A DNA stretch of 64,000 nucleotides from Vitrella brassicaformis CCMP3155 (Eukaryota; Protista; Chromerida), in NCBI GenBank assembly GCA_001179505.1, contig CDMY01000447.1, positions 248,001-312,000 on the forward strand, given 5' to 3'. Positions 48,306 through 61,658 of this stretch are shown here, one piece after another. Position 1 is the stretch's first letter. Each line of letters starts with the position of its first letter. A program made the translations under genes and the position numbers. The notes beneath the pieces are model-generated. The model searched no databases. It worked only from the letters and a program-made list of their open reading frames with translations, and had not been told where the DNA came from.

Positions 48306-50268
48306 ATGATTCATCAGATCACAGCAGCAGGCGACCTGGCTGCGGCCACACACATGACGGCCTCTGTGATGACAGCAACCGGAGGTGACAACTCATGCGG
48401 CAGCAACGCGCACATGGACCACTTGGTAAGTCGTGCAGAGAAGGCTCTCAAATCAATCATGCACCTGGTGTTGTGACTTGTATGTGTGCAGACTTTGCTG
48501 GACAACATCCGTCACACGCTCGTCAGACTGAAACAAGTGCACTCGCAGGTGTGTACCACCCATCCCTCTCTTCGGCAGCCAATGCCTGACTGCCGTGTGC
48601 ATGTTCCATGTGTATGTAGGAGCCGCCAGATGCACTCAATTTCCTGTCTACGAAGGCTCAGGTGACACAGAGAGGGGAGCGTGCGTGTGCTTGACTTGAC
48701 GTGTCTATGTGTGTGCAGGAGTCGCCCATGAGTGCATCTCGCGTGGAGATGGCCAATCGGGTCCTGCGGGATCTGTCGTCGTCGATGGAGACCTACAACG
48801 CCGCCATATCGCGCCTGAAGGGCCTGGCACTGGTACGCCTGACGGGTCTGTGCACAGCGTCTGACTGGCTCATCTTGTCCTCTCCCTGCCTGTGTGGTTG
48901 GTTCATGCAGCTGGAGGGAAACACCAAGTTGTTTAAGCTCCGCCCTCCGGAGGAGGCCACCACGTCACGTGGGAAGGAGGTAAATGATGCTACAAGTAGG
49001 TGTCCAGTCTCGCCCATATATCCTCATGTGTGTTGCTGCGTCCATGCAGGCTAAGGTCGGTGCCACGAGCTCTCGTGTCCATGCACCTGCTGCGTCCTGC
49101 TCGTCGTCGTCGTCGTCGTCGTCTGCTGCTGCTGCTGGTGATGCCTCTGACGCGGGCTCATTCGCGCAAGAGCTGTACGGCCTGCCAGTGGAATTGCTCC
49201 ACGACGTCCTCCCCAAATACATCAGGCCGGACGAGACCATCGGCCTCGTCAAGATCAGCTTCGCCATCGCCCGCACATCACACGCCGGCAGCGGTACAGT
49301 CGAGGCAGCGATGGCTTCGGCCGTCACTAGCCTCATCGAGCGCAATGGCCTTCGTGGCGTGCTCGAATACCAGCCGTCAGGTCAGTGGGGCGGCTGCCGT
49401 CGGGTCTTCCGACTCATCCGGCTTTTTTTCATACTGGAGAGGGGCGGCAACTGGGCGGACAGCGTGCCGCTGCTCAGCTTTGCCCACAGCTACAAGCGCA
49501 TCCGACAGCTGCCCATTCAGCTTTCTACGGGTGCTGTGCGGCGTGGGACCGTCGGCAGCAAGGCGGTACTCGACAGTCGTCCGGCGAGCCTGCGACAATA
49601 CATCCTGTTCAGCCATCTGTTAGGCCAGGACATGATGCTGACGCGGACGGCAGACGGGAGGGAGTGGCTCGGTCTGAATACCGGGACGGTTATCTCGTAC
49701 CCTCCGTGGACAGGTAATGTCATGTCAGCTTGCATGGATTCGTCTGTCCATCGGTCCCCGATCTCTTTGCTTGTGCAGATGGTACGTTGGTGTATCGAAC
49801 CTTACGTGGAATGATCATTGCTCGGTAGGCCGGCCGCACACACATCAGAGCACACGACGGCAGCAAATCTTATCCTCTGGCTTCAGAATGGCCGAACAGG
49901 GGTCACGTTGCGTGGCGCATGTGGAGCATCGTCGGTCGTCCGCTGCGTGTGCTCGCATTGCAGCACTGATCACCGAGCCAGCGCCAGTGTGGGGTCGGCA
50001 GAATATTGTCGACTGCACCAGCCGGCTGGGCCTGCCATCGCGATACGTCTTCTTGTGTGGCCACAGGCCGTCCGACCTCTTTGCGGCACACATCAAGATG
50101 GTCAAGTACGGTGATGGATCGACGGGCATCTCACTCTGGAGCAGTCGTGATTGCGAGGATGCCAAGAACAATCCTGCGGCGGCCCTCGCTCGCCACGTGA
50201 TGCGAAGCGACGCGTGGCTGATCCCAGCGGTCAACGAGGCGACATCTGCAGACATGTATGAGCAATAG
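48306..50268 (+). CDS. Hypothetical protein with an F-box-like segment, resembling an expanded chromerid-specific family
   Basis: Exons ESPMSASRVEMANRVLRDL..., then LYGLPVELLHDVLPKYI (F-box-like), ILERGGNWADSVPLLSFAHSYKRIRQLPIQL and SKAVLDSRPASLRQYILFSHLL. Start uncertain. Confidence 0.5.
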
Positions 50269-50568
50269 GTGTACACACAGGGATAGATGCACGAGAGTGC
50301 AGTGAAGCAAGCAACATGGCAAGCAAGCCGCTGACGTATTTTTTTGTTTTGTGTTCAGGTGGTGGCGGCGGTAATGACTGTCATCTCTGTGCACACTACG
50401 TTCTTTGGCGGTCATGCATGAGTGCATGTATTAGAAATGTAAACCAGTGGTGCCTTCGTCAATTTTTTTGGCGGCAGCTGTACAGTGATTGGCGTTCTTG
50501 TGTCTCTGCCGATAGCGACACCTGTGCATGTACTGACTACAGCTGAGCAACTAACACAATTGTGAGAC

Positions 50569-50580
50569 TGCGAGCTCGCA
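50569..50580. promoter_or_regulatory. Palindromic TGCGAGCTCGCA upstream of the CEP104-like gene
   Basis: Perfect 12-bp palindrome about 75 bp upstream of the ATG at 50655. Confidence 0.55.
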
Positions 50581-50654
50581 TGCATACGGCCCCCAGGCCC
50601 TCTTGAAAGTTTCTTTCCTTCTTTCTGAAGCAGATCTCACACAAAGGTCCGCAA

Positions 50655-53600
50655 ATGGTGGAGAGTCTTTTGTTCACCGTTGTTGCTTTCACCAGCGAGG
50701 ACCGCAGCAACGGAAGATCCGCCGACGCCTTGAGCCTTATCCATCTCACAGGTCAGGACACCGGCGGCTGGCAGAGCGAGGCGCTTTGTTCCTTTCCCCA
50801 GGAGCTTGTGCTGCAAGTAGAGGCGCGGTGCTGCGACATCGAAGAGGTGCGGCTTTATCCTCACCCGGATTGCTGCCCTTCAGAAGTCGAAGTCTGGGTG
50901 AGCAATGACTTTGTCGCCCCTGCGGACTGCTATGACTCGCCCTTCGAGATGCTGGGTTCAGCGTGCTTTGACCAAGACAACAAATGCGGAGTTGTCAAGA
51001 GTTTTGCAATGGGAACCTACGTCAAGATGGTCGTTCTCGGGAGGAGAAAGCGGGATGGTGAAACGGACAGCGCGAATGCCGGGAGGGTGGGCCTTCGAGC
51101 AGTCGAGGTGTGGGGACGGCGGCCCAAACGCACACAGCAGTCCAGCGGGGCGACAGAAAGAAGAAAACTTGACGGATCAGGCTCGTTTGACAACCTATGG
51201 ATGAGTGAATCGGCAGTGAGAGACGCGCTGTTGGATGCTGGCATCCCGCTGGAGCTTCTGCCAGACTGTGAAGGCCTTCCCCTGCAGATGCTCGACAAGT
51301 AGGTACCCTGCGGCACAAAAGAAATCCACGACATGTCTCACTTAGGCACCACGCGATGCGTTCTCGACTGCAGGTCTTCACGTGACCTTCTCTTGGAGCT
51401 GCGTGAACAGAAGGACGCCGCAGTCGCTGCTGAGAAGTTTGCTGAGGCGCAGCAGCTTCAGGACGGAATTGACAGCGTCACACATGTGGGATCGCTGCTC
51501 AAGACGTACGAGGTACGACACCGACCGAGACAGAAAAACTTGCACTTGGATGGAGTCGTGTGCTGCAGAAAACAAAATCTCGTCTTCTGTCGGAGGAGCG
51601 CTATTCGTCAGCCAAGAGCCTCACTGCTGACGTGATGGCACCGCTGGAGCAGGAGCGCCTACGTGTCGCCTGCATGTTCAATACTCGATGGTTCGAACAG
51701 GTCATAACGATTGAGACTCTGAGCCCCGCGGCGTGGACACAGCGGGAGCTTGAGCGGCAAAAGAAGGACCGAGAGAAGGTGCAGGCGGCCCGAGATGCCA
51801 AGAGGGAGTATGAAGCCAAGTACAAGAGCGAGAAGGGGAAAGCAGGGCAGCTGAACGAGGAAGTACAGGAGCTGAAGAGGCAGAACGAGACGCTTCAGAG
51901 AGACATGGAGGTGAGGTTGACCACACGACAGACTCGAAGCAATCGTCACATGCCCGATCTATTCGATGTCGTGTGCAGCATTACCGTGAGGAAATATCGC
52001 GCTTTCAAAGGGAATCTGCGACTTTGACAGAAAGACAGGTCGCAGCACTCTCGTCTCGTTCACATTTAGGTGGCTATTGATATCTCTGTGTCTGTGCAGC
52101 GCCGTATCGAGCAGGAGGAAGCCAAGCGGATCGCAGAAGAGCAGCGCGCCCTCGAGGTGAGCGACTCAAACCTTTCCCTTCCGTCAAGGCAGGACCTCAT
52201 CGTGTGTTGGTCTTGTCATCAACTAGGCTGTTCGTGCTGAGGCCATTCGAGAAGCGGAGGAAGCCAAGCAGCAAGCCCTTGAGCGAGTTGAGCCGCCGCT
52301 TGCTGAGGCAGAAACGCTCATGAGCAGCCGGGGCCCATCGCCGGATCTGAAGGAGAGACCACAGACACCAGAGAAGAGGAAAGCGCAGCCCTACCTTACC
52401 GACATGACCCCTCAGGTATCACCTTCAGATGTTGTGGACATACCAGATATATACCCATCTGTAATCTGTTACTTACATCCGACAGGAGATATTCTTTGCG
52501 GAGAAGTATCACCAGAGCTATAACCAGGAGTTCCAGATACCCGGCGACACTGACGGAAGCCTTGAAGAGACGTTTTCCCAACCAGTCGTCGACTTCTTTG
52601 GCCGTGTTTGCTGGTAAGTGAGGCAGCAGCAATCAATCGCTTGAGTTTTGTTTATGCCTTTCAGCTATTTGTTGTGTGCCCCCGATTGGCGACGAAAAGA
52701 GTTCACCCTCGCAGTACTCGCTGAGAGCTGGACGGACTTCGTCTCTCTGTTTGAGATCGGCCAGCAAGGGGGAAGCGCCAAGGGCACGGACACGCTGTAC
52801 TCGCCGGCTCCCTACACCATGTGGAAACACCTCTGCAAGCTGGTCGAATATGGCCTCTTGGTGAAGTTCGTGCAGGTGCAGCTGGCATCGCTGCACCTGA
52901 TTGCTACTGTCTTTGACTTCTTCATACTCCGACTGACCAAGCCGCATCTCAACAGTGGGCTCAAGGATATTGTCGGCCTGATCGTTGCCAAGCTGGGAGA
53001 CACGAACATGAGACTGCATCAGGTAGGCTCACACGGAGACATCCACGCCATGCAGCTGTCTCTGTGTCTGTCGTCAGGCGTCTGAGTCTCTTGTTCCCAC
53101 CATCGCGAACAAGGCTGGAGCCTCGCACCTGATCACACATCTAGTCAATCCGCCAGGTAGGATACCACCTCCCTTTCGAAGCAGACTGAGCCCTGTATCT
53201 AGCAATCTTGTGTCGCAGTTGTGGTAATGAAGGACACAGTGAGGTCACTGGATAGCGCAGACGGCACTACGCCACGTCGACGGGGCAGTTCAGGGAAAAA
53301 GGGGCTCAAGGAGATGACGCTCAGCCAACTGCACTGGAAGGCACTGACGGCACGGCTGGCCTCGGCACGCACAGTGGTGCAAACATGCGGTACGGGGATG
53401 AAGACACACCACACATGAAGGATATCTGTTTGTTTCTGCACTGACGTCAGGCCGTCCTTGTTTTGACTCGACGAAGTCTTATTCGGTGCCGTCCATTATA
53501 CCACTGGTCATCGACGGGCTGCACCACGCACACAAAGAGGTGAGCCAAGGAAAGCAACTGAGGAGAGGGAGACATGACTTCCGGATCGATCGATGTGTGG

Positions 53601-53935
53601 ATATATGTGTCTCAGGTCCGTCATGCTGCCATCGAGCTGGCGGCCTTGCTCTTTCTGTTCGCTGGTGAGGACCTGTTGCCCTTCTTGCATGGCGCAGGGC
53701 TACCTGATAACGTGACCAGGCTGCTCAACGAGAGGTAAGGCGTGCAGCCGTTCATCGGTTCACACAAAGCTTCATGCTTCTTCACAGGTTCCACGAGATA
53801 TCTGATGAGGATGTGCCGCTTCCCCGTGACGGCGGGCACCCAGAGGAGAGCGGAGAGGGCAACGACAGCGCGTGGTGGAATAGGAGACATGACAGTGCCA
53901 GAGCTTCGCGAAAAAGCCTCACTCCCAGCAGATGA
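50655..53935 (+). CDS. CEP104-like ciliary/centrosomal protein (jelly-roll domain, UVR/coiled coil, TOG/HEAT region)
   Basis: N-terminal GWQSEALCSFPQELVLQ...VGLRAVEVWG resembles the CEP104 N-domain. LREQKDAAVAAEKFAEAQQL is UVR-like. HEAT repeats include LLCAPDWRRKE, VQVQLASLHL, LIVAKLGDTNMRL and GLHHAHKEVRHAAIEL. The 3' end is uncertain. Confidence 0.75.
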
Positions 53936-54158
53936 TGCCAATTTGCTATGCATGTGGACAATGATCGGAACAGTGACATGTGTACACACTTGCAGCAAGG
54001 AATTACGTATATGAATTGTATATCTACACGAAACATACAAAAGGGCACCAAAACGTCCCTGAACCTTCAGACACACCCAACAAGGGGAATTGTGAGTTTC
54101 ATGCATGCAGCCCCCCCACGCCCCCCGGCAAAAAAAAACAAACAAACAAAAGGCAATA

Positions 54159-57100
54159 ATGGAGTACGAAGGATCTCCGGCTGCAGCTGACGTAGAAAAG
54201 CCACCGCTTGCCAGTAGCGGTGCGTTGGAGGCCCCTGAGGAGCCGTCAGCAGCCGTCCACGCGGCCAGAGCAGAGGAAGAAGGAGATGATGAGCCTCCTC
54301 CGCCTGTCCGTGAGCCCTCACGCCCTTTCTCCCCTGCGTCGCCCAGCACGGCGTTCGCAACAAGGGATAAGGACACGCTGAAGCCGAGGGTTCGTGGGAA
54401 GGGCCCGGAGAGACGGTCATGAATGTCACTTGCTGTCAATGCTGTGTGTTGTTCTGCTGCAGCATTTGAGGCCACCCAAGAAGCTGAGCAGCTCGATTGC
54501 ACGGTTGCTGCATCCCTCTGCGGGAGAGCCGCGTCCCCTGTCTGTCATGCCGAGAAATGCTGCAGAGAGGTGAGTGACAGAAATGCACAACCATTCATGG
54601 CCGGTTTGCTGGTAACCTGTCGACTTGGATGTGTTCTGCAGCCTGGCGCCGCCGCAAGCAGTTGACATGATGGTCGTCAAGGCCTTTGTTCATCGGCTGG
54701 ATGGGTAAAGTGAGCGGGCAATGAGTTTGGTTGTCACACACGAAGAAGGCTTACGTGTCTGTTTCCTTGCTTGGGGCAGAGATCTGGACGGGCGGGTGGA
54801 GGAGCATGGAATAAATGCGCTTTGTCGGAAGGCACACCTAACTTACACACCGTACGACGGACGGAAGGCGACACGGACATGGCGGACAGACAAGCGAAGT
54901 GTGTTTGTACTGCTGTCTCAGGCAGTTGGTCGCCGACATGTTCCAAGACATTCGAACAAGGAGAAACGAATGCCAACAGTGCGTAACTACTGAAACACCA
55001 AAGCACAAGCGTCCCATATGCCTTGCCGGCCCTTGTCTCTCCTATAGACACATTCCGAGCATCACGGCAGATGAAATCGGCGGCGCAATGCGGGGGCGCA
55101 AGAAATGGAGCTTCGCCTTCCACCTCCAGATGTCTCTCGCCCCACCCCATCCCCAGCTGTCCTTCGAGCAAGCACCGACAGTGCAACGACTGCTCACCCT
55201 CGCAGACATTCACGATCTTGTCAAGGCAATCAGGGCGCATATGAGCGTCCCCGAGCCCCCTTGTATCGACCAGCACAGAGACTCTGCGTCTGAAAAAGAG
55301 CTGCGGTTGACCATGGCAGCGATGCAGAAGTGGTTCGGTGGGTTGAGCTCTGACCGGCGTCTTCTGGACGTGCCCGCGGTTCAGGAGATCCTGGGGAGAC
55401 AGGTGCTGCGGCAGATTGGCAGGGGGGGGATGGTGGAGACAAGGCAGATGCTGGAAAAGGCTCTCATGCCGACCGAGGGTGCGAAGGACTCACCAGCGAG
55501 TGCATGGAGTGTGTCGATAGCTCTCGAAGGACCGAAGCGGGTCTATGCCTATCCACTGCCCAAGTACTGCCAGCAGTGGGTCAAGGTCAGACAAGGAAAG
55601 GCACGTGGACAAAGGGAATGGCAATGCAGTGTCGACTGCCCTTGCCTTTTGCAGATCTTTGGGGCGCTTCAGATGAATCCATTGCAGAGGCTTGTGGTGC
55701 ACGAGACACCGGAGCAGATCACCGCACAGAGCGATCGGATGCAGCCGTTCGTCATGTCTGCGAGGTGAGACACTCTCACGAACGACCACACACGACCGTC
55801 CGCACACAAACATCCTTTTCCCCCTTCACAGGAACATAGCCGTGGTTCCAAAAGGCTCTCCCGGCGCCACCAAGACACGCGCCCCCCGTAAGAGCCCCTT
55901 CACGCTCTCTGCCCCATCGGCGCGGCCACACGACTTTTACCCGATCCATCAAGACTTCATTCGCACAGAAGAGCTGCCAACAGAGGCCGCAAGAAAAAGG
56001 ACGAGGTTCGAGGGTGATGAGAACGAATCGCTTGTCAACAGCACGCTGCGGGGGAATGAGCGGGAGGGAGAGCGAGAGGCAGCGGCACAATTGAGGTGCA
56101 CTTTCTCTCCGAGGGAGACATTTCAGAGCGGGTGCTTGCGGAAACAGGAGCGGCAATCAGGTCAGACAGGGGAGGGACCAGTCGTTGCTTGGATGAATGC
56201 CGTGTGATGGTGTGTGTGTGTGTGTGTGTATCTTGTGTGGTCAGATGAGAGCAAGCACCTAGCGATGCAGCTTGATGCGGTGGAGACGTTGCGGCGAGAG
56301 CTGATGTGTGAGGGGGCGACAGGCAGGATGAACACCAGAGGCCCGTCCAAAGTCAACTCGTGCTCTACCGTCGGTCGCAATGACCCTACAGATCTTTCCT
56401 GTGTGGTTGATTTACTCTGGTTTGTTCATTGTCAGCATGAGGACTACCCGTGCCTCAGCAGCGACACGCCATACGGCGGCATCGAGCAGCCGTTGCGACC
56501 CTCACAGAAGCTCACATTCACGAACACACAGTCACGCCAAGAGGTAAATGAGACAGTGAGGCACAGACGTCACAGTGTCCTGTCTGTGTCGCCAGCTGAT
56601 TCGGGGACTGTGCCGTGCTGCATTGGATCTGCACAAGCCGCCACGGACAATATTCGATCCGCCAGAGACCACTGCCACGCAGTCGCGCACAGCAGAGAGG
56701 TATGTGGCACTGAGACGTCATGCGGCTTGAGCCACTCGTCGGTGGATGGTGCGACATGGTGCGAATGCAGAGACTCGGAGAAGTTTGGTCGCTCGTCGTT
56801 CGACACCAAGGCAAGTCATCCACGCCGCCGCTTCTTTTAACCCTGACGCTTGATGTCTCCGCTGCGGCGCTGCTTGCCTTCCTCTGCTGTCGTCAGGTGG
56901 TGCCAGTGTCTTCCAGGGAGCGTCACTTCCTGCAGCAGCTGGACAAGCGGCCCATCTACTTCTATGACGACCTAGCCACCAAACAATGCGACGCTGAGAG
57001 ACTTCACGTATATACGAACGTCAAACGAGTCACACTTCTTACTGTGGATGGATGCCACACATCGATATCTATCGATGTCCCTTCTTTCTTTCACTTTGCC

Positions 57101-57175
57101 AACAGGCTCCCCATGGCAAGGCCGCGTTCAAACAAAGCCTGCCGAGAGCAGAGAAACCTGACAAATATCACGTAG
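54159..57175 (+). CDS. Hypothetical multi-exon protein
   Basis: Coding-like segments at 54159-54422 (good ATG context), 55060-55590, 55830-56165, 56240-56370 and 56896-57020 are separated by GT-AG introns. No recognisable domain. Boundaries uncertain. Confidence 0.4.
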
Positions 57176-58082
57176 TGACACACCTGAAGCAAAGGACCCA
57201 TTTGCATGTGTGACCTTTGTGTGATCGATGCGGTTGGTGACCGACTGATCACAGAGTTTTGCTTCCACCGAGCTGTTCCGCGACCACATGTCTCTCGGAG
57301 GGCCGCCGGCCTACCCTTTCAGGCAAGCGGAGGACGGCCATGCCTCTGTGTCTGAGAAGGAGTTTCAGGTCTACTCACGGCCACTGGGTGGGCCAAACAA
57401 GACAGACGTGGTGTGTGGGGATTGTCAGATTTGTGTCTGTTTGTGTCTGTTAGGCCCCCACGTGCTTGACCGCCGTCTGCCGCTGGCGCCTCTACTTTGC
57501 TGACATGCATGGGGAGGGGAGGGGGTTGGTGTCGCTGCACTGTCTCTTGTCACGTCACGCACACGTACTCACTGCGATAAATAGTCACTCTCGTCCTCAT
57601 CGGGATGTTGCTGTTGACGCCTCACAGCCGAGCCCAGCTGGCTGGACAACAGCTCTGGTGGCGCACGTGACAGGCGATATGCCATCAAGACATCAACACA
57701 CCCATCAGCCCCCCTCACCCACACACACTGTCCTCTGCTCTCCTCCCTATGACAGACTCTCGCCTCCTCATCGATGTATTCATCTCCGCTGTGCTTTAGT
57801 GTCGTTCCGGCATAATCGGCCCTTTCCTGCAGCTTCTCGACGGTGCCACTGGCTGTCGGTCTTAACCAACAGCAAACGGCCCCATCGGCAAGCTACTCAA
57901 CAGGGTCGGATTCGCCAAACGAACCACAACACACGATACACATAACACTCGATTCGATTCTATTCTGTCGGCCCATCCGCCCCGTCCCGCCCCGCGTCGC
58001 ATCGCTATCGCATTATCCTATACATACACACCCCCATCAGCCATACCAACCCACCGCATCCCAACCATCCATCCCTTCTGAA

Positions 58083-60571
58083 TCACAGCAGGAGCGCCCG
58101 GTGCATCCTCTGCAGATCCACCCCCAGCAGCGCGGCGTTGCATTTGAGCGAGTAGAGCTCCACGCCCCCCTCCTGCCCATCCAGCAGCTGCGGCGGGTCG
58201 TAGGCGCTCAGCCGGTCGGTCGACACGGGAGGCAGGGCGGGCGGCGGCGTCACCAACACGTCGATCTCCCACTCAAACTCCACCAGATCGCTCGCACGGA
58301 TGGAGGGCGGAAAGGGGCGCGTGGAGGCGCGGTCCGCGGCCAGGTCGCCGTCTGACGAGAGAGAGAGACACAGAGACAGCAGGCAGGCCATGTGGGTCAA
58401 CTGGATTGTATCTCCCCCTCTCTGTGTCTGTGTCTGCGTCAGTCAGGACCTTCTCCAATCATGGCCTGAGGCTCATCCCCCGGACTCACAAAGCGGAACC
58501 GCAACGCATACGACACTGACACTGTACACAACACCCACAGACACACGGATAGATAGACGTATAGAGACTCTCACACAAGAAAGACAAGGCGCTTCTTTGC
58601 CGGCTCCTCCACACACCCATACCCATGTCGGTCTCAAAGGTCGGCGGGCACGTGGGCGGGACGTACACGGTCATCTGTGTCGCGAGCTGGTGGATCACGC
58701 ACTGCCCCTCCTCCATCAGCACCAGCCGATGCACTGTCGGGCTGCCCTTGGGTGTCGGTGGCCTCCCTGCCTGGCCGCTGCTGCCCTTAGTCGAGGGATC
58801 CTTCAGGAACGCAGGCGGCAGATCGCTCTCACTCCGCTCCACACGAATCAGGCTCACAGACACCTTGACGCAGAGAGAGAAGGACAAGATGGCATTAGAC
58901 AGGTGGGTTGCATTCCTGTGGTGGTCTTGCCTCGTAGATGGAGACTTGAGCGATAGAGAAGTCCAGGTTGATCTCGATGGGCGCGCCGAGGTGCACCGAA
59001 GGGTGTGAGCGGCCGCCGGCGGGGAGGAAGGGCGACTTGCCCGTGGCAGCGTCTGATGAGAGGATCTGGATCACACACACCGGCACACCGCTGCGGCTCA
59101 CGCGGTATGACACTGCACCAGCAACACACCAAACAGACCGACCCACACACGCTCTCACAAATGACCGCTCCTCTCTCCCTCTGGCTCGCTTACACACGGT
59201 AGGCGCCGATGGCTCCTGGTCGTCATCGTCCTCATCGAAAATGGACGACCGCCGCCTGCCGGGATGCACCCCGCCGCCCCTCTCACCACCACCACCGCCA
59301 CCGCCACCCTCATACCCGTTGAGCAGCCCCGCCGATGCCGACCTGACGGGCGCCCCGTGGAGGCTGTCCGTGTCGGTGTCGTCCGACCGTGACGTCCGCG
59401 AGCGGCCCTTCATGGCCGCGGTGGCGGGGTGTGTGTCTTGGGGGGCCAGTGGGTGCAGTACATGCAGCAGGGCGGGGCCGTGGCGACGGATCGAGTGGGA
59501 TGACTGCCACAGGGCATAGTTGGCCTGAGTGAGTGAGAAAGGGGCGGACACGGAAGGAACGGTGAATACATGTGGCTTGGTGGTGGTGTCATTGTCATTG
59601 TACCCTCGAGCCCGGCCTAGCTTACCTCTAGTGTGGCTGGTGGGTGGTGTGCGTTGTAGTTGTATGCATGCCACACACCCCGACCGCAGCCAACGCCCTT
59701 CAACATCGATATCTGTCAGAACAGACACACACATCCGGGCCAGAGGCACATTATCATGAGGGAACCCCGCCCGCACTCCCTCTTGCCGCCCCCCACCTGT
59801 GAGTGGCTGCCGCCGCCCTCCCACGCCCTGCTCTGGAAGTCAAACCCAAGATGCCGAAGCCGAGGCGACGACATGGTGCCGTTGGGCGAGCCACCTCCAG
59901 ACGCTGCTGTTGCTGCTGCTGGCGGCGCGGCGGGCGACGATACCGATCGTGCTGCTGACGATGCCGTGCTGGTGGTAGACTTGATCTGTATAATGGTGGC
60001 AATGCGTGTGCAGTGGGTGGGTCGGTGGGTGGGTGGAGGCATGTGCTGTGTGTGTCGGGTTACGGGGATAGGTTGTGGTGGCGCGCTGGCTGCGAGTGCG
60101 GGCAGGTTGGATGGCGATGAGGGAGAGGGTCGCAGAGGCCCCTTGCGGCGCCTCGCCGCGTCCTGGTCTGGGAGGATCAGGGGGCCCAGAGTTGGAAGCA
60201 ACGGCAGGTCTGACACAACCACAAACACACATGTCACACGGATGGGTGTGTTGCGGGGTTCTCGCTCAGGTGACTCACTCACCGTTGCACCTGGGTCCCA
60301 TAATCATGACGGGCACCTTGGCGGTGCTCTGGTGCGATGACAGCAGGTAGGGATTCATGGTCTCGACGCGGCGGGGAGACCGCTTCTGGCACGTCAGCAA
60401 CAGGTAATACGAATACCTGGTTGACACACCACACACACACACACACAACCATCGGCAACAGAGCATCCACACAGCGCGCCAGCGCGCGCGCGCGCGTGTG
60501 TGTGGTGTTACTTGGTGTGTGTGCCGCTGAAGGATGGCGGGATGAAAGGTGGGATCAGACACTCAAACCCA

Positions 60572-60603
<32 letters not shown>

Positions 60604-61151
60604 CCAGAGCAGTTGTGCTGGAATGGTACGATGGTTCCTCTGTTCTGTTGGCTTACACCATCGCGCCTCATTGGCCTCCATGTGTGCGAGGTTGAGGTCG
60701 CTGCAGACCACACAGGGGTCCGACACGAACAGCAGGTTGCTCGACGACCCAACACCAGACACACCACCACCAATACCATCACCTACACACACACCACACA
60801 CCACACACACCAGACCATCGCCACACCTGACTCTCTCTCTCTCTCTCGCTTATCGTGGAGTGTTTGTCCGGCCATACCGGAGGAGAGCGTCATATAGGGG
60901 TCTTCTGGATTGTACAGAGTAGAGCCCTTGACCTGGTGCGTCCTGGGGAGGCCCATGTTGGCCAGCCGTGGGTCGGTCACTTGTCCGCAGAGCTGCACCA
61001 TGAGGTAGTCCAGGTTGACCAGCCGCGCGTCCAGCGACACCGCCACATCGCTCAGCTGGTGCAGGATGATGTTGCAACGCAGCACGTCCCCGGCGAAGTA
61101 GCCGGGCTGGCTCAGCAGCACCTCCAGATGAACGGGCGTCTTCTCGGCCAT
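58083..61151 (-). CDS. RGP1: RGP1 (Ric1-Rgp1 Rab6/Ypt6 GEF subunit)-like protein, multi-exon
   Basis: VHLEVLLSQPGYFAGDVLRCNI, LFVSDPCVVCSDL, LIPPFIPPSFSGTHTKYSYYL, VYVPPTCPPTFETD and VEFEWEIDVLV follow the RGP1 arrestin-like fold pattern. Confidence 0.85.
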
Positions 61152-61218
61152 GCCGCCGGACGCTACACACACGGGATCTCTCACAGAAAAGGGGCTTTTT
61201 CACTTCGCGAAGATCTGG

Positions 61219-61238
61219 GCGAGCTCAAGGGCGAGCTT
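61219..61238 (+). promoter_or_regulatory. Two GGCGAGCT(C/T) variants upstream of RGP1
   Basis: GCGAGCTC at 61219-61226 and GCGAGCTT at 61231-61238, 68-87 bp from the ATG at 61151. Confidence 0.45.
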
Positions 61239-61341
61239 GCGTGCTTCCTCATTCTCGTGGTGGTGGTTAAGGGTAACATCGTTCTCGTTGACGTCGGCTG
61301 TCTGACTGCGAAGAGTATTGAGCTGTGCGTCGCTTCACTTA

Positions 61342-61450
61342 GCTTGTGCGATGAACTGATCTGCGATTGGATTAGTCAGTCGGAGGTTCGCACCGCTTGT
61401 GCGATGAACTGATCTGCGATTGGATTAGTCAGTCGGAGGTTCGCACCGCT
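61342..61450. repeat. Exact 53-bp tandem duplication in the divergent intergenic region
   Basis: gcttgtgcgatgaactgatctgcgattggattagtcagtcggaggttcgcacc at 61342-61394 and 61395-61447. Confidence 0.95.
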
Positions 61451-61658
61451 GCCTCCCAGGCTGCCTCTCCCGGCGAGGGTCTGACTGACGAGGAATACAT
61501 ACAGGTGAACAACACTCACACAGGGGCTGGCGCACGCTTGAGATCCACCGAGAAATCGGCGGGAGGTGGGAGACGCCGCTGCTGAACGGGTGTGTGGTGC
61601 ATGTGCGCATCTGATGCTGCAGGTGCGATGAGCCGCCGCATGTGGTGACGCGTAGGCC

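Noticed and set aside
57250-57900. Possible additional plus-strand exons (e.g. CLTAVCRWRLYFAD)
   Set aside because: I could not build an in-phase model or recognise a domain, so this is left unresolved.
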